A DNA stretch of 64,000 nt from Candidatus Hodarchaeota archaeon (GTDB lineage Archaea; Asgardarchaeota; Heimdallarchaeia; Hodarchaeales; Hodarchaeaceae), in contig JAEOTM010000143.1 in NCBI GenBank assembly GCA_016839815.1, positions 26,461-90,460 of the forward strand, written 5' to 3'. The translations under genes and the position numbers were made by a program. This document shows positions 58,494 through 64,000 of the stretch, in pieces. The notes under the pieces were generated by a model that saw only the letters and a list, made by a program, of their open reading frames with translations, was not told the DNA's origin and did not search any database. Each line of letters starts with the position of its first letter. The stretch's first letter is position 1.

Positions 58494-59153
58494 TCACGTT
58501 GGATATTTAAAAAGAATTATTAAATCTTGAATTATTGACTGAAAGTCCAAAAAAGTGTTACAATTTAACTGTTTTTCCTCAAAAATTCTAGCTAATTCTG
58601 AATCCTTAACAACATAACTAATATCCGCCTTTTTAGCAGCGTAAAAATCCCCACTTCCATCACCAAGATAAATTATCTTAAAACCTTGTTTTTGATAATC
58701 AATTACAAGATCTTCTTTGAAATTCTGAGATTCTTTTGACTTTAATTCCGGAAAATTGAATATTAATCCCTTTTTTGTAAATTTGCTTAATCCAGATACA
58801 ATTGATATTTGATCACTTTCAGCTACTTTATTCATATAATGTTTAATAACAAAATCTATTCCAGCGGACACTATTATTAAGGGAATGTTAGATTCTTTAC
58901 AAAAAGATACAAAATTTATGAAATTAGGTCTGAAGGAGATTACAGTATCTAATGTACTCAGAATCGTCTCTCGAGGGATTGATATTGAGGAAAATTGTTT
59001 TGATAAGCACTCCTCGAGAGAAATTTCACCTCTTATCAATTGATCGTCATATTTCTGCCAGTTTCCAACCCCGAATTGATTTAAGAGATAGAGAGCTGAA
59101 TCTTCTAAGATAATGGTTCCATCAAAATCAGAGAGTATTATATAGGAGGACAT
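58494..59153 (-). CDS. HAD-IB phosphatase, MtnX-like
   Basis: DFDGTI, VSAG, K, GDGSGD. Confidence 0.82.
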   Translation of the reverse strand: MSSYIILSDFDGTIILEDSALYLLNQFGVGNWQKYDDQLIRGEISLEECLSKQFSSISIPRETILSTLDTVISFRPNFINFVSFCKESNIPLIIVSAGIDFVIKHYMNKVAESDQISIVSGLSKFTKKGLIFNFPELKSKESQNFKEDLVIDYQKQGFKIIYLGDGSGDFYAAKKADISYVVKDSELARIFEEKQLNCNTFLDFQSIIQDLIILFKYPT

Positions 59154-59188
59154 AATGTGAGTATCATCAGTTTTCCTTTATTTCAGAT

Positions 59189-60613
59189 TTAATCATACGG
59201 GGCTCGTTTACCAGCTAAATAATCTTTGTGATGATCTTTAACTAGCATTAAGAAAATTAATCCGATAATATAGATGACACCTAATACAATAAATCCAACA
59301 CGGTACGAAGTAGGTATACTTTTTGTAATCTCTTTAGTAATTGATAGAACTGCTGCAAAAATTGACATACCTATTGCACTACCACCTTTATTTACCAGCT
59401 TACTAAACCCAAAGTATTGGCCTACTTTTTCTTCGGGTGCTAATTCAATAACCAGCTGTCTATTTGCTACCCAGGTGGAACCTTGTGCTCCTCCAATGAT
59501 TAAGGCTGCTAAAAATAAAAGTACTAGCCAAACATCGCCTAAACTGGGATCGTTTGTATCTGCAAGAATAGCTATTGCTAAAGCAAATAGATATCCAATC
59601 CCGACCACAAGAAACGCAAATTTGGGTCCCCTTTTATCTGAAACAGGACCTATACCTAAAGTCAATATACTTGCTCCAATCACTCCAACAAAGATTAATA
59701 TTAATGGCATCATTCCTGAAAGACCCCAAGCATCCTCTGCAGCTGGTAGCATGTATGCAATTATTGTATTGACTACATCAACAGTTAGAATCCAACCAAC
59801 CATAAAAAGCAACATATCTCTATAAGAAACAACTTCCTTTGCAGTAGTCTTCAGCTCAGATAAAGCGTCTCGAAAAACCCTTAATGTGGAGTCAGATCCC
59901 TTATTCGTCCTTTCAGTTACCCAGAGAAAAGGAATTGCTGTAATCAAGAATGCTAATGCACAGATTAGCCACATCCATTGAAAATCTCCTAGTACGATCT
60001 GATCAACCGAGATTTCCACTCCTCCTTTGTCAAGAGGTGCGCTTAAGGGTAATCCGTCTTCTGTTAATGGAGAATGTTCTGGAATTCCTACTATCGGTAA
60101 TAAAAACAGAATAGCAATAGCTATAAATGATCCTCCATAACCGATAGCCACTCCAATTGCAGATACTTTACCAATCTCATCTTCAGCACAAATATGAGGA
60201 ATCATGGCATCATAAAAGAGGTTCCCCCACTGATAAGTAATATTAGCAATAATAAATAGAAAGAAAGCAATCCAGAAGTTGTTAAAGAAGAATACAATTC
60301 CTGAAGTTAATATACACAACGTGCCTAAAAGAACAACTTTACTTTTACGTTCCCCCGATTTGTCACTTAAAGCTCCCATAAAGGGGATAGTAATGGCAAC
60401 TAATATTGTAGAAACGGATCCAGCTAATCCAGCAAGAAAATTCGATTCACTCCAACTTAAACCTTGTTGCATACCAAGTAAGGTAAAAAACTTAATTACG
60501 GTTAAAGAAACTATTCCCATAGAAAAAATAGTGTTCGCCAGGTCGTACATAGACCATAATAGAATATTCTCGCGGGCAGATCGTTTACTTATAGGAGCAG
60601 TAGGTGCGGCCAT
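59189..60613 (-). CDS. MFS transporter, ATG22/UMF1 (BtlA-like) family
   Basis: WSMYDLANT, GALSD, FYDAM, GYGG, PVSDKRGPK, GQYFG. Confidence 0.85.
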   Translation of the reverse strand: MAAPTAPISKRSARENILLWSMYDLANTIFSMGIVSLTVIKFFTLLGMQQGLSWSESNFLAGLAGSVSTILVAITIPFMGALSDKSGERKSKVVLLGTLCILTSGIVFFFNNFWIAFFLFIIANITYQWGNLFYDAMIPHICAEDEIGKVSAIGVAIGYGGSFIAIAILFLLPIVGIPEHSPLTEDGLPLSAPLDKGGVEISVDQIVLGDFQWMWLICALAFLITAIPFLWVTERTNKGSDSTLRVFRDALSELKTTAKEVVSYRDMLLFMVGWILTVDVVNTIIAYMLPAAEDAWGLSGMMPLILIFVGVIGASILTLGIGPVSDKRGPKFAFLVVGIGYLFALAIAILADTNDPSLGDVWLVLLFLAALIIGGAQGSTWVANRQLVIELAPEEKVGQYFGFSKLVNKGGSAIGMSIFAAVLSITKEITKSIPTSYRVGFIVLGVIYIIGLIFLMLVKDHHKDYLAGKRAPYD

Positions 60614-60718
60614 GTTTCACTCTTCCGGTTTGATTAACGGGAATTGGTTTTGTTATAAAGTTTTGTAGACTTCGACTAAAGATTGTTAAGAGAAAGAAGT
60701 AAAAAGTAATCTGGCCAG

Positions 60719-62458
60719 ATGGATGCAAGAATGAACGAATTCTCACTCAAGGATAATGGTTTTCCTCCACAAGGACACTCTTCTATGTATATTATGCATA
60801 AATTCTTTGGGAGGAAACAAGAACGATTAATCAATCATTATATTAACAAATATACACAAAAAGAAGGAGAAATTGTTTTAGATCCATTTTGTGGGAGTGG
60901 TGTTGCCATAGGTGAAGCTTTACGATCACGAAGAAAAGCGATTGGGATTGATATTAATCCTGTATCGATTTTTATAACAAAAAATACATTACATTACGTC
61001 TCTGAGGATAGTATACTAAAAGAATTTAATGCAATAGAAACAGATATCAAAGAAGAAATTTCTTTACTCTATTCAACTAGATGTTCAAAATGTGGAATGA
61101 AGATTCCTGCAACGTGTTTTTCTTGGAAAAACTCTATTTTATACGATAAACGATATACATGTCCCAAGGATGGCAAGAGGGTAGAAAATGTTGACTCTTC
61201 GGATCTTGATCATTACGAACAGAGAGGATTTCCTTCTACCAATGGAATTTTTCGCCTAAAAAACCTCAAACCTTATTGGTTTCCTACTGATCCACTTTAC
61301 TACTCTGATGGAGAAGGGTTTCTAAAAAAGGAAAGGTATGATCATATCCATGAACTTTATACTCCAAGAAACCTGCACGCTTTGGCTAGATTACTCGATC
61401 GGATAAAAAAAATTAATCCATCAAATCTTCAAGAAGCATTTCTCTTTGCATTCTCGAGTATGGTTCACTTAGCCTCAAAAATGACTCCTGTGAGACCGAC
61501 CAGACCATTTAGCTCCTCTTGGATTCAACCAAGCTATTGGTTTTGTACTCACTTTATGGAATCCAATGTATGGCAATTATTTGAACGTGCAATAAAAGGA
61601 AGACAGGGATTACTTAAGGCAAAAAGAGATCTTAAGTTAAAAATTGAGGAAGTGGAAGAAGTAAAAACCTTTGATGAATTAAAATATTCCCCTACACCTG
61701 TTTTTTTCCTTTTAAATTCAAGTATAGTTCAATTAGAATCGCTACCACCAAATTCAATAGACTATGTCATAACTGATCCTCCATATGGACAATCTATCCA
61801 ATATGGAGAACTACTATATCTCTGGGGCTCGTGGTTAAATTTATTGGAAGGATACAATATAATTCTACAAGAAGAAATAATTATCAACCATAGACAGAAG
61901 AAGAGTATAACTGAATATGAATATCTACTTATTCAAGCTTTAAAACAAGTTTACATCGTTCTCAAACCAGGAAAATTCTGTACGATTACATTTCATAGCC
62001 CAAGTTTAACGATTCGTAATTTACTCTATCGATCAGCTATTCAAGCGGGAATGTTGTTTGAAGAGGTTGTTTATCATCCTCCAGCTCGGGCATCGGCCAA
62101 AAGTCTTCTTCAACCAGAAGGATCTCAACAAGGTGATTACTTCTTCTTATTTAAAAAGCCATTAAAATCCGAAAAACTATCTTATCAGTCGATCACCAAT
62201 GAAGAGTTAGAGAAATGGATTGTTGAGATTGTTAAGGGTATTATTACCAAAGAAGGAAGGCCTCTACCATATAATCAACTGCAAAATAAATTAGATCCAT
62301 TATTATATAAAAAATTGCATGAAGCAAAACTACTACTGACTTTCAATCCCAAAGAAGTGAAAAAAACTCTGATAAAGTTTGTAGGAACGGAATTTTCCCT
62401 TTTAGAAACTCAAAATGGTAAATTGGCCAACGAGAAGCTGTGGGATATTATGATTTAA
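60719..62458 (+). CDS. N6-adenine/N4-cytosine DNA methyltransferase with Zn-ribbon insert (orphan)
   Basis: HKFFGRK, LDPFCGSG (motif I), CSKC...C...C insert, TDPPY (motif IV), LKPG. Confidence 0.85.
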   Translation: MDARMNEFSLKDNGFPPQGHSSMYIMHKFFGRKQERLINHYINKYTQKEGEIVLDPFCGSGVAIGEALRSRRKAIGIDINPVSIFITKNTLHYVSEDSILKEFNAIETDIKEEISLLYSTRCSKCGMKIPATCFSWKNSILYDKRYTCPKDGKRVENVDSSDLDHYEQRGFPSTNGIFRLKNLKPYWFPTDPLYYSDGEGFLKKERYDHIHELYTPRNLHALARLLDRIKKINPSNLQEAFLFAFSSMVHLASKMTPVRPTRPFSSSWIQPSYWFCTHFMESNVWQLFERAIKGRQGLLKAKRDLKLKIEEVEEVKTFDELKYSPTPVFFLLNSSIVQLESLPPNSIDYVITDPPYGQSIQYGELLYLWGSWLNLLEGYNIILQEEIIINHRQKKSITEYEYLLIQALKQVYIVLKPGKFCTITFHSPSLTIRNLLYRSAIQAGMLFEEVVYHPPARASAKSLLQPEGSQQGDYFFLFKKPLKSEKLSYQSITNEELEKWIVEIVKGIITKEGRPLPYNQLQNKLDPLLYKKLHEAKLLLTFNPKEVKKTLIKFVGTEFSLLETQNGKLANEKLWDIMI

Positions 62459-62610
62459 GAAAATATTCAGTAGATCTAACGAGATAATTCTTAGTTCTAT
62501 TTTTCAACAGATAATTTTTAATAATCTGGAAAATGTACTGATGTTTAAGACGATAATCACCTTCTATTAAGGTATTCTGACTAACTATAGAAATCAGGAA
62601 AGAAAATATC

Positions 62611-63159
62611 ATGCCAATTAACCTTAATCAGGTAATGGAAGATTTTAACAATTCAGGATTGAATGAGCTAATTGATAAGCTAGATCATATCGCATACAGG
62701 GTTAAAATGGGAGAACGATTATCAACTATGCAAGCAATGATGAATCTATTGCCTTATCGAGAATTTAAGAACTTCAAAATCCTAAAAGCAAACGCTATTA
62801 CTACATGCATTAAGCTTCATAACACTTTACCAGTAATAGTAATCTCAGAGGGGCTTAGTGAGAATTCCATTGTGGAGAAATACTGTCAGAAGTATGGGTC
62901 TCGTGTACATCATTTGGCCTATTTAGTGAAAGATATTGAAGAGGTAGTAGAGATCCAAAAATCTCGTGGAGTAGAGTTTACGTCTGATAAAGTGATTGGT
63001 AGTGAATCAGAAGGAATCAAGCAGGTATTTACTATGCCAACACAAACCACTAATCACATCATTGAATATATCCAACGATTTGGAGATTTTGATGGTTTCT
63101 TTACCCCAAGTAATGTAGAAGACCTCATGATATCAACTGCTAAACTTGGAGAAGCATAA
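62611..63159 (+). CDS. VOC-fold protein resembling the HPPD C-terminal catalytic domain
   Basis: LDHIAY, VHHLAY, IKQVFT, EYIQR...F...NV..L: a 2-His-1-Glu Fe triad pattern. Confidence 0.7.
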   Translation: MPINLNQVMEDFNNSGLNELIDKLDHIAYRVKMGERLSTMQAMMNLLPYREFKNFKILKANAITTCIKLHNTLPVIVISEGLSENSIVEKYCQKYGSRVHHLAYLVKDIEEVVEIQKSRGVEFTSDKVIGSESEGIKQVFTMPTQTTNHIIEYIQRFGDFDGFFTPSNVEDLMISTAKLGEA

Positions 63160-63178
63160 TCCTTACGTTCATTACTAA

Positions 63179-64000
63179 ATGTGGGATCAAATCATGACAT
63201 ACCAGGAACATTGGGCAATCTTTGTTGAAGGAGAAGAGGTAAAATGGTCCTTTGGAGAGCCTAAAGAGGAATTTCAGCAAATTGTTGTCGATTTCTTGAA
63301 AGGACTCAGAACTTTTGGAGAAGAATTATTTGGTGAAGGTATAGCAAGTATAACATTTGATCTTCCCCAATATTCTGGTTCAAAAACAGCAGAAATATTT
63401 ATTGTATCACTACACAATCATTTTTATTTTATTATTAGTAATCCAGCAACAACTCTCATGTTAATTTCTTCAAAAGAAGGTATACCTTTCGTTATCAAAG
63501 AAGTAATGACCGCAGTACTTGTAGGTCAAGCATCAATACTCTATGCTACAAGTATTGAGGATGTTACTCAGAATGACAAAGAAAAAATCACCAAACAGTT
63601 TCAGAACATTATTCTCGATATTAATTCTGCTTATCTCGAGAATAATCAAGTCGAAACCATCGTAGGGAAATCTGGGACAAATTTTGGAATCTTATCCTTG
63701 GAGGAATGCCTGCTATTTCATTATTTTTTGCGAAAAAAAGCAGAAAAAGCTGACTATATTTCCCCTACGAGCTGGTGTCTCATTTCTCATCAAGATGGAG
63801 GTGACATTCCCTTTTCCTACAATGTGGAAGATGATGTCTTGCTTGGAGGATATTTTGCGGCAATTATTGGGTTACTTTCAACATTATTTAACTCTAAACC
63901 CCGGTTTCTCGCATTTGGAAGTTCTAGTATTAGAAAACTTCGTTTCATATATGGAAACACATTTTTTATGGCTATCGACAAGCGATTTATGCTTGATTTA
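63179..64000 (+). CDS. hypothetical protein with tandem longin-like domains, partial (runs off the right edge)
   Basis: Not in the ORF track; open for 274 codons from ATG 63179. WAIFVEG...DFLKGLRTFGEELFGEGIASI and WCLISHQDGG...DVLLGGYFAAIIGL. Confidence 0.6.
   Translation, partial: MWDQIMTYQEHWAIFVEGEEVKWSFGEPKEEFQQIVVDFLKGLRTFGEELFGEGIASITFDLPQYSGSKTAEIFIVSLHNHFYFIISNPATTLMLISSKEGIPFVIKEVMTAVLVGQASILYATSIEDVTQNDKEKITKQFQNIILDINSAYLENNQVETIVGKSGTNFGILSLEECLLFHYFLRKKAEKADYISPTSWCLISHQDGGDIPFSYNVEDDVLLGGYFAAIIGLLSTLFNSKPRFLAFGSSSIRKLRFIYGNTFFMAIDKRFMLDL

Noticed and set aside
1-64000. CRISPR array, rRNA, IS elements, selenocysteine/stop read-through
   Set aside because: No regularly spaced repeats, long GC-rich RNA stretches or transposase motifs. 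Recognised genes appear full length without in-frame stops. This was checked by eye only.
60719-64000. Methyltransferase + VOC + downstream ORF as a defence system
   Set aside because: The downstream genes show no nuclease or ATPase motifs, and a 152-bp gap separates the methylase from the VOC gene.

Overview
AT-rich archaeal chromosomal window, most consistent with an Asgard archaeon, probably Heimdallarchaeia/Hodarchaeales-like. This is inferred from archaeal core genes (FEN1 with PIP box, aCPSF1, EgsA, Trm5, TrmI, Dph5, CTP-dependent RibK, a BHB-intron tRNA) mixed with eukaryotic-signature-type genes. Contents: (1) the start of a complex I-like operon (nuoA-B-C, running off the left edge); (2) a nucleoside uptake/salvage cluster (phosphopentomutase-like, uridine phosphorylase, PfkB kinase, BMP/Nup ABC transporter with an unusual fused 968-aa permease, fucose-isomerase-like protein); (3) a dispersed glycine cleavage system plus glyA, with two H-type proteins; (4) three scattered A/V-ATPase subunits; (5) three tRNAs: Leu-TAG, Val-TAC and intron-containing Lys-CTT; (6) peptidases and an orphan DNA methyltransferase. 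The most interesting signals are candidate membrane-trafficking/ER-like components: a Rab-like GTPase, TRAP-beta-like and TRAP-alpha-like type I membrane proteins, a longin/uDENN-gelsolin fusion, a Rpn11/AMSH-like JAMM protease fused to a beta-sandwich, a tandem-longin protein at the right edge, and a 1861-aa protein with three novel N-terminal repeats, an alpha-solenoid and an acidic tail carrying repeated short motifs. No CRISPR array, rRNA, transposase or integrase was seen. All family calls come from motif recognition by eye; no searches were run.
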